Shown: piece after piece, positions 37,143-50,735 of the stretch | How positions within the stretch are numbered: position 1 is the first letter of the stretch | How the letters are laid out: every line of letters starts with the position of its first letter | The notes under the pieces: model-generated | Told to the model about the DNA's origin: nothing | Database searches by the model: none | What the model saw: the letters and a program-made list of their open reading frames with translations, nothing else | Made by a program: the position numbers and the translations under genes | NCBI GenBank assembly: GCA_900088475.1 | Contig: FLMG01000516.1 | Coordinates: forward strand, 1-64,000 | Reading direction: 5' to 3' | Length of the DNA: 64,000 nucleotides | From: Hyphochytrium catenoides | Taxonomy: Eukaryota; Protista; Hyphochytriomycota

Positions 37143-37695
37143 ATGGCTGTCAATCAAGAGATCTATCAGCAAGCATTTAGCTTCTTCGATCGTAATCATG
37201 ACGGCAAGATCACCTCTCAAGACCTCGCCCTCGTTCTGAAGAAACTTGGCCATACCCCTACTCAGCCTGAGGTAGAAACGCTATTGCAGGAGCTAAACTC
37301 AACTTCGGGCCTTACGTTCCAGGACTTTATGTCCATTGTCTCTCCGCTGGAAACGCAAGAAAACTCTATACGTCAGTCTTTTCAGGTCTTGGATCGCGAT
37401 AACAACGGGTTTATAACCGCCAGCGACCTTAAGTCTGCCCTCCGGCAACTCGACGAGGAACTGTCTCCAGAGGACATTGAGCACATGGTGAAGGAGGCGG
37501 ACTCAGATAAAGATGGCCAGGTACCCTGCTTCTCCTCCTTGTGACTTTTTTGCTCAGCTCTTTGTATTGACCGGGTCCTGTGTTCTGATGTCCCTCAATA
37601 TAATTTAGATTAGCTACGAAGACTTCAAAAGGATTATAACGGCCCCGATTCCGTCCGAGGGGCTTCTTGCAAAGAGCTCTTTCAGGGGTCTCTAG
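37143..37695 (+). CDS. Calmodulin-like EF-hand protein (2 exons)
   Basis: Loops DRNHDGKITSQD, DRDNNGFITASD and DSDKDGQ|ISYED; EF2 is degenerate. Intron GT at 37522, exon 2 ends ...SSFRGL*. Confidence 0.9.
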
Positions 37696-37933
37696 AGTAC
37701 ACTCAATCATATCCAATACCTCTCTGCGATGAAGCTCTGCGCACTCCCGTCCTACTCAGCTCCAGTGGCCACAGAACCCAGCTCGCCGTAGCAGGGATGG
37801 AGCCTCCCTCATATATCTATCGCATAGTAACCATACCAAACAACCCACAATCCCCACGGGTCGTCGGCAAGCAAGAATATGTATTGCTTAAAACACCAAA
37901 TGTTAGTGCAGAGGAGAGTTATCTAATACAGCT

Positions 37934-40512
37934 TCAGCCCCAAATTCGGAGTGACCGGTCCATAGATGTGGAAGCTAAGTAACTGGAGGCTTGTCCTCCG
38001 AACTTGACAGCTGTAACGGCACCCCTGTGGCCCTCTAATGACTTAAGCTCATCCCATTTCTTGGTCTCGAAAATCCTGCAGCCCAACATTGGGTTAGCGA
38101 CCTCTACATGCCTCTCTTAGTGAACGTCGTGCGACCTCACCTTATTACATTGCCAGCACCCAAGGCGAGGAATCCTCCGCTGTAGTCAAACGCTACGGCC
38201 TTACAGCTCTGCTCTGTTTCAATAGTGTGGAAGTTCTTGAGCTTGCGAAGATCCCAGAGCCTGACGCCGTCGGTAGCAGCCGATGCCATGTAGTACCTAA
38301 GGAATTGCCAAGGTCATGAGCTATATTACTGAGGCGGAACCTGTCGCCCTTGGACTTACCCATTTTCTGAGAATGAGAGGCTGTGCACTGCGCCTCTGTG
38401 TCCTTCAAAGGTTGCTACGTTCTGCTGTGTGGTGACATCCCAAATGCGCACCACGGAGTCCTCCGTTCCTGTACCCATGACCTGGCCATCAGGGTGGAAC
38501 TTGACGCACTCCAGACCTACAGATTGACAGGGAGTAATAGGTTAGACCTCTAGCTAACTGTTCTTCATCTTGGTGGAGTCGTCGGCAGAAGCTCCTCTTA
38601 CCCTTTCCTGACGCTTCTCTAACCACTGTGAGGCATTTCCCGCTGGGAATATCAAAGAACGCCCAGCTGCCATCTCTAGAAGAGGAAGCAACATACTCCG
38701 CTGTTGCATGGACGGCGATCCCAGTAACCTGGCAAGGCGGTCTTCAGTGATCTCTCCTAAGCCGACGAGTTGTACAGGTTATCATCCCCCTCTTACCTCT
38801 GCCGAGTGGTCATCAAAGGTGATGCCTGCGGAATAACCGTCGGACCCATTAGGGGTCCAGACCTTCACCGTCTTGTCCGAAGAAGCGGTGAACGCCATGT
38901 CCGCCGTAGGATGGAAAAGTGCCTCATTCACGCGCTTTGAATGGCCAGAGAGAGTGAACTCAACTTGCTGCTCTCCTTTGTTAAATATCTTGGCATCCTT
39001 GTCCACCCCGCCAGTCAGAACCTTCCGGATCAAGAGGAGTTGGTTAGTTTATACCGTTGCCAAGAGAAAGGATGCAAAGAATCAGCCCAAGAACGGTGGA
39101 CGGAGAGAGGGAGCCACAATAAGAGACAGTGTGGGATCTATATACAGAGAGAGAGAGAGGAAGCGGTAGACTTAGGGAGAGAGAGAGAGTGGAAAACGAT
39201 TGAGAGAGCAGACAGAGAGACAGAAAGCCACATAAAGAAAGTGTGTGGGATCTATATACAGAGAGAGAGGAAGAGGTAGACTTAGGGAGAGAGAGAGAGA
39301 GAATTTTTGTTTATGCGAGATAGATAGATATAGAAAAAAAGAGGAGCGGAGGTTGAGGTACAAAGGGACAGTGAGGTACAGAGGGAGAAAGGGAGTTAAG
39401 AAGTGAGGATGAGGGAAGGAGAGAAGTGAGGTAGAGAGAATGCTGGAGTCAGAGACGATCCGAGAGAGACTTGATGTTAATGGGAAGAGGTCGCAGTGGA
39501 GAGACGGCCATCCAAGAGAGAGAGAGAAGGCTACCTTATTATCATCCTTGGGATCAATATCCACTGATAAGATCCCTGGCTTATCAGACTTATGGATGGT
39601 GTGTGAGGACGTCTCCGCCCAACCGCGGATGTCATCTGCAGAGGAAAGGCCCGCAGGAAGGGTGCGGCGTTTTCGTCCAGACGAAAGTTGCTTATTCTTG
39701 GCTGTAATCTGCGATAGAGGTATGTGGCGAAGCAGGAAACGAGCTCAGCATCAGTTCCCTAAGAACTCCTCAACCCCGCGAGCTGTAGGATCAGCAACAG
39801 CACCTTCTGAATGACATCGGAAGTGATGCCAGGCCGGTCAGCTCCGGTGTCCATCGCCTCGCTGCCATTAGCAGCGGTGGCGCCTTTAGCCAAGTGTGAT
39901 TGTGCGGCCACCAGTTGCGAGCGAGCAGCATCTCTCTCCTAATAAGCCAGCAGTCGTGAGAAGCTAGATTGAAGAAGCAAAAGCATCTTCATCCCGAACC
40001 TTGATTAGCCGAGCAATGACACGGCAAGCAGCGTCATACTGGTAGAGTGCTTGGCTGAGCTCCTGTCTGGTGCTGTCTAAGTGCTGCTTCAGAGTATATG
40101 TTTCTAGCATCAAGTCGTCCCACTACGAACAAGGCAGAAGAGTTTGGGGCGGCCGCGGGTCACGTTGCGCCTTCCTGTGTAATATAGACCTGGCTTACCT
40201 CGTTTTGGAAGAGAGAGAGGAGACCTGGAATGCTAGTTGCCGAGACTGGCCGAGGTCTGATAGGTTTGTTTGCCTTCAGAGGGAGAAGGTCCTCTAACGT
40301 CATTGCTTCGCCAGTGATGGGATCTTTCCCTTCCATGTCGATGTACTTCTCAATCAGCCGCCTTTCATAGAGGTGGCCGGTCTTCTTAGAGACCACTGGG
40401 TCCTCCGGAACCTCGCCTGACACTAAGCAAAGAAACCCGACGTGAATGCCTTTAGACATCTATGCTCTGCGGTGCCACTTAATCTACGAGTGAACTTACA
40501 GCCGCAAAACAT
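37934..40512 (-). CDS. PRPF19: Pre-mRNA-processing factor 19 (U-box, coiled coil, WD40), multi-exon
   Basis: MFCG|[35 protein letters not shown]; [20 protein letters not shown]|WDDLMLE; [21 protein letters not shown]; WD40s ending [13 protein letters not shown]. Confidence 0.96.
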
Positions 40513-40699
40513 CCTCAGAGTATTGAAGTAGACGACTAAATTCAGCGATATTCACAGCAGATCGGGGGGAAGCGGCAAGTCCTCCTGAGACCGATTTCAT
40601 GTTAGTCACCCATTGTCTGGCAGGTCGTGTTGCATATTAAGTTTTCTTACCTTCAAGGACGAAGGACAACAGCCAGCTATGATGATTGGCCGTAGAGGA

Positions 40700-42610
40700 C
40701 TATGTATTTTCACTAGCAAGGGGGAAGAAGATCTCGAGACCTAAGGTCCACCGTAGCTGCGTCTTCAGGAGCACGACACTGAATCCTTGGAAAGTCATTA
40801 ACAGAGGCATTTGCAGATCTTTGTGAAGCTTTCAGATGAGCTTCAGAGCCGTCCACCTCCCGAAGTAGTAATAATCACTCTTAGCCCAACCTGAATACCT
40901 GAGGGGCTGTAGTAATAGTTTGCTCTGAAGGACCATCCATTCTACCTCAAAAAGCTTCAACCATCAAAGGCTGCTGCCATTCAAAAACCAGCACTTTCAT
41001 TGACTCGGAGAGCGGCGAGCTCAGCCGCAAGCACTGACAACTTTCTGCTGCTTGCTTGTCGTACAATGCACCTCTAGAATGGACGCTTGATCGTCCTTAT
41101 CCGCGCTGGGAAGAGGAACAGATAGTATTAGCATTATAGAGTGAGCAAGAGACAGCCTTCTTGAAGCATAACCTGTATAGATGGCAGGACACGATCAGTA
41201 TAGTTCCTTGATGCTCTTGGTGACAGGAGTAGATGATGTCCTGTGCCCGTGTCTCCCTCCTTTTGGCAATCTCTGTCCTTGTTCCACTTGTCTTGGTTCC
41301 TGCCCGGGTATCCTCTCTTAAGTTGAGCGGTTTAGTCCCCTCGGTGTTCTCTGCCCGGGCACCTTACGCCTAGCGTCGACTGATGTCCCTTTGAGTATAC
41401 TGGGTGCATCGCTGGAAGAGAGAAGAAGTAACACCTTGATATTGCCACTTTCGTGGTGCCCTAAGAGCTATAACAACACTTGCGTTTATGTTTACGTGAC
41501 GCTTCAGTCCCTTAGGTAGAGTATCATATATTTCATGATGATTATCCCGGCCTTACATCCACAACTGATGCCTAAAGAAGCCTTTCCAGGAGTTTGTTCA
41601 ATTGTCGCGCCTATAAACCCGCTTTTCTTCGGGCCCGTGACAGGCTCTCAGTGACAACCAAGTTTCTATGATATGATGGACAGCCTGCCTTGCATGATGT
41701 AATACGCACGAGAGGACGGTGGCGGGCGTCGTGATAATGTTTGAGAAGGGCAGAGAGGTTACGGGCGAAGCCATGGACTGAGGGTATCTTGAGTTGCGGC
41801 TTTAGAAGGACATTGGCAAAGTTCTAGGCTTTAGTCCATTGCATTAGCTACCTGGTGCTGCGGGCACCCTATACGCAATGCGAGCACTTTCACGTCTTTT
41901 GGGCAGCAACACAATCCAGTCTTGCGGCGGCTTGGGGTCTGGGTCTCACTTTACCGTCCATGCGCTTAGGGCACTCAATCTATTGTCTTACAGGAAAGTT
42001 ATGCTTGTACCTCTTGCTGCCTACAATGGGGGTTGAGATTGTCCCTGCTTCGTTTTGCCAGAGGAAGTAAAGGTAGGAGTGTACGCTTTGCAGGGCAACA
42101 GAGCTTTGATTAGATTATAGCGGATTCGCTTCTGAGATCCAAGAAGGACCTGACTGGTGTTGAAGGATGGTCGCTAACGGAACGTCAATTGGTACTTCGT
42201 AAAGATAGCAGAGGTTTCAGGAAAGCACCATTCTCGTTATAGCTTCGTGAAATCTTTTGTTGGCTCTACTGCTAAGTAAGGTCAGCGTCTCTTTGGAGCT
42301 TTGGCATGATATAGCGCTGACTGAATGGTGCAAATGAAGGCCTTACGTCACTATGAATATCACTTATATGGAAGATCACAGTTTTCTTTATGGCGATGGT
42401 CAATCCAGGGTACGCTTATCTCTCAAGGCTCTCATCGCGTCAATAGCCCTTCTTTCGCGATCTGCGGTACTAGGAGGGCCGCGGCACTGGAGAGGGCCAC
42501 GAATTCGTCTGGAAAAAGAGATCACAAGCACATTGGAAAGTGATATTCCGACAGCAACAAAACTTCGTGAGTCGTTTGAGTCGTCTCTTCTGGGTCTTCC
42601 CTTCTAGTGC
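40700..42610. pseudogene. Possible decayed coding remnants in the PRP19-PC spacer
   Basis: Protein-like frames broken by stops, e.g. + strand from about 41516: VEYHIFHDDYPGLTSTTDA*RSL...TTKFL*YDGQPALHDV. No family recognised. Confidence 0.25.
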
Positions 42611-43134
42611 TGATGATGATCATTGGGTGCCGGCACGTGCCTGAGGTCGTGTTGCTGAGCTTTTTGGACGAGCGTCCAAGGCAGACAGGTGCGATCGATT
42701 GAAAGAGTAGAAGGTCTCCTTCTTTGGGTCCCACTCATTCAGCTGTCTGAGGAGTGTCGTCTGAGTGAGAGTGAGGATGATGGTAGAACTAGTTCTATGG
42801 CTGATGATGAGGCGGCGGCTGTGCAGTTACTCGCACAGCTTCGTTAATCCGGTCCCGGAGGAGGTCTGAGATGGGCGGTCGAAGAAGAGTTGAAGCTGAT
42901 TTCAAGGTGGAAGGGGAGAGGGAGAGAAGGATCAGAACCGCTGTCCTCCCTCTGTCATAATCTTGCAAACCTTGAATCACTCATATCCTCAATCCAGGTT
43001 ATACCCCTACCAAATAGCGACAGGGACTTCGAGGAAAGCAGAACATAAGTTCCAAAGGATATTCCAAATATCCTTGGACTGTCCAAAAGGAAGGATCCTG
43101 TCTTCGTTTTGTGCCTTGATTTTGATGTATAGAT

Positions 43135-43217
43135 CAGAGACCAGACAGAGAGAGAGACAGAGAGACAGAGAGAGAGAGACAGAGAGAGAAGCAGCGTGTG
43201 AGAGAGAGAGAGAGAAA

Positions 43218-43261
<44 letters not shown>

Positions 43262-43320
43262 GAAGCAGCGTTTGAAAGAGAGAGAGAGGAAAAGGAGAGA
43301 GATCGAGAGAGAGAGAGAGC
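43135..43320. repeat. (GA)n tract upstream of pyruvate carboxylase
   Basis: GA runs. Confidence 0.9.
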
Positions 43321-43630
43321 GCTATCTGCTAAGGGAAACTACCAAGAGTGCAGTCATTAGCTTCCCACCTTCTTCCAAGAAAACGGAATCGTGTCTCCTC
43401 TTCTCTCCTTGTCAAGCGGAAGCAAGTCAAAGAGAAGCCTCGCTCACATTGTTGGCAAGGACGGGACGAAGATCTGACAGTGGATCACCGGAAGACAGCT
43501 CCAGTCCGTTAGCAAAGCTCTTCTAGAGCAGCAAGCAGCAGGGAGCTGGGCGCTCACGGTGCTATTCTCTACTCGGCGGCGCAAGTGAAGCTGATTGGCA
43601 AATCCGAGGTCTCTACCAAGAAAAGAAGAG

Positions 43631-46600
43631 ATGCAGCAGCTAAACCTTGCCCGGCGTCCGCAGCTACTGCGGAGCAGCCTGCTCCGCCCAGCTGTTAACA
43701 GCTTGGGCTTGGGTCCCGTGCGTCTCAAGAGCACTGCCAAATATCCCTTCACGAAGCTTTTGGCAGCCAACAGAGGTGAGATTGCGGTCAGAATCATGAG
43801 AGCGGCATCCGAACTAGGCATCCGTACTACAGGCATTTTCAGCTATGAGGATCGCTTCACACAGGTGAGCCACGCAGGAGTTGCTCGGTGTGGAGTTCGC
43901 TAGCGACAAGGTCTTAACCATCTCTCTCCCTCTCTTCTCATCCCTCCATCTCTTAACCACCTCCTTCTCTCTCTTCTCATTGGACTCCTCAATCTCATTC
44001 CTCTAGCATCGCTACAAGGCGGATGAGTCCTATCTAGTAGGCAAAGGGAAGACCCCCGTTGGCGCGTATCTAGACATCGAGGGAATCATAGACGTTGCCG
44101 TCAGGAATGGAGTACAAGCGATTCACCCCGGCTACGGATTTCTCTCTGAAAAGAGAGAGTTTGCCCAAGCTTGCGCAGATAATGGAATCACCTTTGTTGG
44201 ACCTACGCCTGAAAACTTGAAGACCTTCGGAGACAAGACAGAGGCGAGAGAGCTGGCTATTCAGCTGGGCGTACCAGTGGTCCCAGGCACGGATGGGCCT
44301 GTCAGCACGTGGCAGGAGGCGAAAGCTTTTATCGACTCGGGAGTAGGTTATCCAGTCATTTGTAAGGCGGCACATGGCGGAGGAGGGCGCGGTATGAGGG
44401 TTGTCATGTCGGCAGATGAGTTGGAAGAGAACTTTACAAGGGCCAGCTCAGAGGTAGGAGCTTGGAAGTGCAGGACTATGCTTCTTCGACCAACCGACTG
44501 CCTGTGGCTCCTCCGCCTCCATTCCTAGTCTAGCGGACGCCACTATCAGCTTCATCTGCAAAGCATCCTACTTCTAGTGAGCTATGTCTCGTGTATTAAT
44601 TCTGCTACTTATCGCATCTCCGTGGGCCTATGTCGACAGGCGTTGAAAGCATTCGGAGACGGAACAATGTTCATCGAGCGCTACGTCACGAACCCACGAC
44701 ACATTGAGGTCCAAATGCTGGGCGATGGACAAGGCAACGTGGTCCATTTGTATGACCGAGACTGCTCTGTGCAGCGCCGGCATCAAAAGGTAAACCCAGC
44801 TTTTTGGCCTCCCCACGGCTTCCTGCTCCTTTTCCCTTCCCCTTCTCTTCATAATCTCAATCTCCGTTTCCTCTCTACCTTCCGGTCCTCAAAGCAAACT
44901 TTCCGACTTCCCACACCAGAGCTCTTTAGGTCCAGGGGCCTAGCTCTGTGTCCTGTGTCTCTGCCATCCAGCATAATCTATATTATGTTTTCCTCATGTC
45001 ATCGTCTTTACCCTTCTCGTTGCGACAGGTGCTTGAGACTGCCCCAGCTACTGGCCTTCCTCCGACGACACGAGAGGCGATGTTCTCGGATGCGATCAAG
45101 CTGATGGCAGCGACGAACTATAAGAATGCAGGCACTGTGGAGTTCCTTGTAGACGAGCAGGGCCGTCACTATTTCATTGAAGTCAACCCCCGTATCCAGG
45201 TCTCAATACCGCGGCTACCTCTTCTCATGGATCCCACTCTCTGATCTCCTTAACCTCATATATGTTTTCTGTCATTCTGCTTCCAACATAGCGCTTGGTT
45301 AAGTTGAGGAGGTCGGGCCGTTCGAGGTCTTCACTGTGCTTTCGACGAATTCGCCAATTGTCAGCAGCTTCTAACGTGTAGACCGCTTTGTTGCTTCGTC
45401 ATCTTTCCTCATTTACGCCCACCTCTGTGTCTCTGCTTTTTTTGATAGGTGGAGCACACAGTGACGGAAGAGGTTACTGGCGTCGACCTAGTCCAAAGCC
45501 AGATCCGTATTGCCAGCGGCGAGTCGCTGCAGGATCTTGGGCTCCGACAGCCGAACATTTTCGTCCACGGCCACGCGATGCAATGCAGAGTCACCACGGA
45601 GAATCCGACTCTTGACTTCCAGCCAGATAACGGGGTCATTGAAGTCTTCAGAGCTCCAGGAGGTAAGTGAACTGGGTCCGCGGCTTAGTTGATCGGTCCT
45701 ACAATCAATATGTCCCATTGTACGATCCGGGAAGCTAGTGATTGGAGAGATATCGTCGCTCAGTACTCGTTGCTTTGGGTTGACATCTTTCTCACGTTGG
45801 CGCAGAATTAACTTATTTGTAGGATGCCTATAGCTAATATCCCTAAATTTTGTGCCTCTCTTGCCTCTCCTTTGTCTTTGCACTCAATCAGGCATGGGCA
45901 TCCGCCTCGACGACGGTCCTGGCTTCACTGGCGCCTACATTACTCCTCATTATGACTCTCTTTTGGTCAAGGTCACCGCCCGTGCCTTGGACAGGACGGA
46001 TTGCGCTAACAAGCTCGCCCGCGCCCTTGCCGAGTTCCGCGTGCGCGGAGTCAGCACCAACAAGTCCTTCTTGCTGAACGTGCTTCGCAACGAAGACTTC
46101 TTGGCTGGGAACATTAACACAGGCTTCATTGCTCAACACCCTGAGTTGCTGCAGCCCTCTAAGAGCACCAATAGAGGCACGAAGCTGGTACGCTATCTGG
46201 GCAATGTAATTGTCAACGGACCAGACCCTGCGCTGGGTGCCACAGGCTCAGCCTGCTCTAAGGTCGAGCCCATTATTCCAGACTTTGGAGATGCCGCGAT
46301 CAACAACCACAAACGCGGCCGATCACTTCGGCAAATCTACAAGGAAGATGGACCTCAGGTTGGAGAAGTGACAAGGATAACTCATCCTTTACTCCCTCCT
46401 ATTCCCTATATGTCCATAAGTCTGCTAAGCAGAAATCTCTCTCCTTACGCTGACTTTCTCGCTTTCTTATGTGTCTGGTTGTCACTAACTCATTCCCCTC
46501 ATGCATATAGGCCTTTGCTCAGGCTGTGCGTAGATCAGAGGAGCTGCTGCTGACTGACACGACTTGGAGAGACGCCCATCAGTCGCTGCTGGCGACGCGA

Positions 46601-49600
46601 ATGAGAACCTACGACCTCGCTCAGATTGCACAGGCTACCTCCGTGGCTCTGAAGGTCCTGGCTTCTTGATATAACTGCCTCTCTCTATCACCTATCTTCC
46701 TCTATCATCACCATTCGCTCCGTCTCCCACTCTTTGTTCCTCTCTTTCCATGCCGCTCTCTGTCTTCTCCTTCTGTCTCCCTCGGCTCATCTCTTGGGCA
46801 TAAAGTTCTTTATTGGATGGATCTTAAACTCTCATCCTCTCACTTCTTTGCTATTGTCCCATCAGGATGCTTACTCTTTGGAGATGTGGGGAGGCGCCAC
46901 CTTCGACGTTGCAATGCGCTTTTTACGCGAAGATCCTTGGGACAGGCTTGCCCGCCTACGTGAACTGGTCCCGGACATTCCCTTCCAGATGCTCCTCAGA
47001 GGCGCTAATGCCGTGGGCTACACTTCCTATCCTGACAATGTCGTCTACAAGTTCTGTGAGCTCGCCCAGAGAACAGGTATTGATGACGAAGAAGTGTAAT
47101 TGCCCTCATGAGAGGCTGCTGCGAGGGGACGGGAAAGCTTAATGCCATAGCCCCAAAAGTGACCAAATCCCCTGAGAAAAGAGTGCCAAAGAGAGAGTAT
47201 GGGAATTGAAAGCGGCATTATTTTTATACCTCTGTGTTCACTCTCGCTAGGAATGGATGTTTTCCGCGTGTTCGACTCTCTGAACTATCTGGACAACCTT
47301 CGGCTGGGCATCGACGCCGTGGGTCAGGCTGGAGGCATTATCGAGGCCGCTGTCTGTTACACCGGCGACGTCCTTCATCCAAGGAACGGAAAGTAAGTTG
47401 CGTCAGCTATAGTGCACGTTAGACTCACAGAGATTCGCCCTTCCATCGCTGTGGTCCTTCTCAATGTTCCTCATGATAGTTTCCTCTGACTCCCGATCCG
47501 TCTGCCCGCTCTCTCCTAACGTGCCTGCAGGTACGACCTTGAGTACTATCTGAACTTTGTGCGCCAGCTTGTTGACTGTGGCATCCATGTCCTAGCCATC
47601 AAGGTACGTTAGTTGCAGGCCCGCGCTCTACGCCGACTCCACTCCGTCCCCTTCTCTCCCCTCGCTCTCTTTCTTCCTTCCTCCCTAGTGATCCTCGCCA
47701 TCTTTGTACTCTGTTGTTTGTCTGACGCTGCTCCTTCTGCCATTCAACATTTAGGACATGGCTGGTCTTCTTCGCCCAGAATCGGCTCGGGTCCTCGTCT
47801 CTGCGATCCGCGCTGAGCATCCCGACCTCCCCATTCACGTCCACACGCACGACACTGCAGGCGTGGGAGTTAGCGCCATGCTCGCTGCAGCACAGGCAGG
47901 CGCAGATGTCGTGGACGTCGCGACTGATGCAATGGCAGGCACGACGTCTCAGCCTGCGCTTGGAGCAGTGGTGGCAAGTCTCCAGCATGATGCCAAGAGG
48001 GGCACAGGACTGGACATGGAGAAGGTGAACCAGGTCAACGAGTACTGGGAGATGGCCAGAGGACTGTACGCGCCTTTTGAGAGCGGTCAGAAGAGTGGAA
48101 GGTAAGGGAATCTCATTCCTCCTAACCTTTATTGGCTTACCCTTTGCCTTGAGGTCTCTCTTTGTGACAACTCATTTTCTTGTTCCTCTATACAGTGCTG
48201 ATGTGTACGAGCATGAGATGCCAGGCGGACAATATACGAACCTTCTCTTCCAATCGCAGCAGCTTGGGCTGGCAGACCGCTGGCCCGCTATTAAGAGAGC
48301 ATACGCAGCTGCAAACCGATTGCTGGGGGATATCATCAAGGTTCGTAGAGAAAGAAGTAGGGAAGAGAGAAAGAAGTAGGGAAGAGAGAAAAAAAAACGA
48401 AAGGAGCGACACCTAGTTCGATTGAGAGACTACTGATGCCTAATGCTTGGCTTGCTGCTGCAGGTGACACCTTCCTCGAAGGTGGTGGGCGACCTCGCTC
48501 AGTTTATGGTGCAGAACGACTTGACAGAGGAGCAGGTCATTGAACAGGCGGAGAACCTCTCTTTCCCTCAGTCCGTGGTAGAGTACTTCCAGGGATATCT
48601 TGGTGAGTATCTGCTTTGCCTCCCTTACCGCTCGCTCTCGCTCCTTCTCTCTTCTTCTTCCTCAGTGTTCTCACCCGCTTTGTACGCAGGCATCCCCCCA
48701 TATGGTTTCCCCGAACCTCTTCGCTCTAAGGTTCTAAAGCATCACACGCTGCCTAATGGCAAGAAAGCCTTCGAGGCCAGACCTGGTAAGTGGGCAAGAG
48801 CTCTATGTAGCTGTAAATTCATCACCAAAGAAGGAGAGGGCAGGAGAGCAGTCGTCTTAGGCGTATGGAAATATAGGAGACGGACGGGGTGATATGTGAC
48901 GGCCACAGGGGCTAGCTTGCTAAGTATCATGCTCTGTTAGGCGCTGAGATGGAGCCGTTCGACTTTGACCGCGCGAAGGTTGAGCTCGAGAAGAAGTTCG
49001 GTCCCCGATATAAGATTAGAGACGTCGATGTCATGAGCCACGTGATGTACCCGCGCGTCTTCGAGGAGGTCAGTGAACCCGCTTCTGCTCTTGTTCTTGC
49101 TCACCTCCCTCAGTATCATCAGAGTGGCAGAGCTTTTATCTTCTCAGACCGTCTCCTGCTCCAGTCCCTACATCTTTTGTCCTGTGCCATGTTTCGTTGC
49201 AGACCTCAATCAGATCAAAGGCCGTCTCTCTTTTAACCCTTATTCCCGCGCACTTTCTCTCGGTTACTTCCTTCAGTATATGAAGTTCAGAGAGAACTAT
49301 GGAAAGGTAGACTTCCTCCCTACTCGTGCTTTTGTTCAGGGTCTGGAGATTGGAGAGGAAATCCAGGTCAGTGCTGTCCACATCGTCCTTTTGAGAAACT
49401 ATTGGCTAAGATAGCCTCCCCTCTCTCGCAATTTTACCTTTTTCTCTCTCTCTCTCTTTTTCTGCCTCTCTCCCTCTCTTCCGCTCTTGTTTATCTCTCC
49501 CTCCGTACCTCTTTCCTCAATAGATTGATATTGAGCACGGCAAGTCAATCTTCTTGAAGCTGAACGCCATTGGAGAGGTCAGCAAGGATGACGCCACCAG

Positions 49601-50187
49601 GAACGTCATTTTTGAGCTCAATGGCAGACAGAGGTTCGTCACTCACTCTCTTGCGATAGAGCTTGTTCTGTTTTGCTCTGTTTGTTGCTTCGTCCACTTC
49701 CACATCCCTCTCTCAAACTCTGCACATCTCTCTCCCTTCTCATCCCCCCTTCAGAGTCGTCAAGATTAAGGACGCCAGCGTGTCGGGCGGAAAGGTGGAA
49801 CATCCACGTGCGGACCCGTCGGAAGTGGGCTCCGTAGGTGCCCCGATGCCTGGTGTAGTTCTGGAGCTGAGGGTCAAACCGGGCCAAGTCATAGAGCAGG
49901 GAGAGCCCCTCGTGGTCCTGTCTGCCATGAAGATGGAGACAGTGGTAGCAGCGCCAGTGGGAGGCAAGGTACGGGAAGACGAGAGCGGACGAGAGGAAGG
50001 AACAGAGGCCTATCCTTTATCCTCCTTCGACATGTACATCTGCAGCTGCCAAACTCCCCGTCTAAGCACTACTTTGCCCCCTCTTTTGTAGGTGCTGAAG
50101 GTGCATGCGGCTGTGGGTGATAACTATAAGGCGGGAGACTTGCTTGTGGAGATTGACCACACAGGCGCCAAGCATGAGGCAGCTTGA
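43631..50187 (+). CDS. PC: Pyruvate carboxylase with N-terminal mitochondrial presequence (19 exons, all GT-AG)
   Basis: [13 protein letters not shown]; [10 protein letters not shown]; [12 protein letters not shown]; [11 protein letters not shown]; [10 protein letters not shown]; [15 protein letters not shown]; [10 protein letters not shown]; HVHTHDTAG; [13 protein letters not shown]; biotinyl site SAMKME. The presequence [22 protein letters not shown]...RLKS is Arg/Leu/Ser-rich and free of acidic residues. Confidence 0.97.
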
Positions 50188-50735
50188 ACAGAGGGGGAAG
50201 AGAGCGCATAAAAGAGAAGAGAGAGACCCTAATCTTGCTTACATCAACCTTTGCTTCTTGGAAATAAACAGGCAGAAGCCCTAGGTCATCAGTGTCATGG
50301 ATTTTCTTTCGCTCTGCCATGGACCCTCATCCATCTCTCTCTCCATCGCGTCTTCTACCTCATGATAGACTCTCTCTTTCCTCGCATCTTCTACTTCAGG
50401 ATAGAGGTTTCTCTTTCCCCATTCTACTTTGTAATGGATAGAAAGTAGCTCAGTGTCCTGTCCTTCTAGTCAATAAGCCCGTTATAGTTAAAGCATAAAT
50501 AGTCAGGATCAGCGGTGTCTGCACGGAAGGAAAGAGCGACAGGAAAGAGATGTCGATTGTGCTTCCTTCCTTCCCCCGTCCTGCCCACCGCTTTTCCTTG
50601 GTCCTGTCTTTTCTAATAAAACACTGACAAAAATTCAAAATCCTTTGGTTCGACAAGGAGAGAAGCATCTATAAGCTCAAGCCCTTTTCTTTGTCTCTCT
50701 CTTTTCCTTTGCTTCTCTCATTCACACGTAGAGCC

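Noticed and set aside
47080-47175. Box C/D snoRNA (TGATGA...CTGA) in a PC intron
   Set aside because: Box C abuts the 5' splice site, there is no terminal stem, and no rRNA-complementary guide was recognised.
11363-50187. Stop-codon reassignment (TAG=Gln) to explain frequent in-frame TAGs
   Set aside because: Conserved genes (VPS18, LMW-PTP, the FRG1-like gene) end at TAG at the expected C-terminus, and their exons contain no internal TAG.
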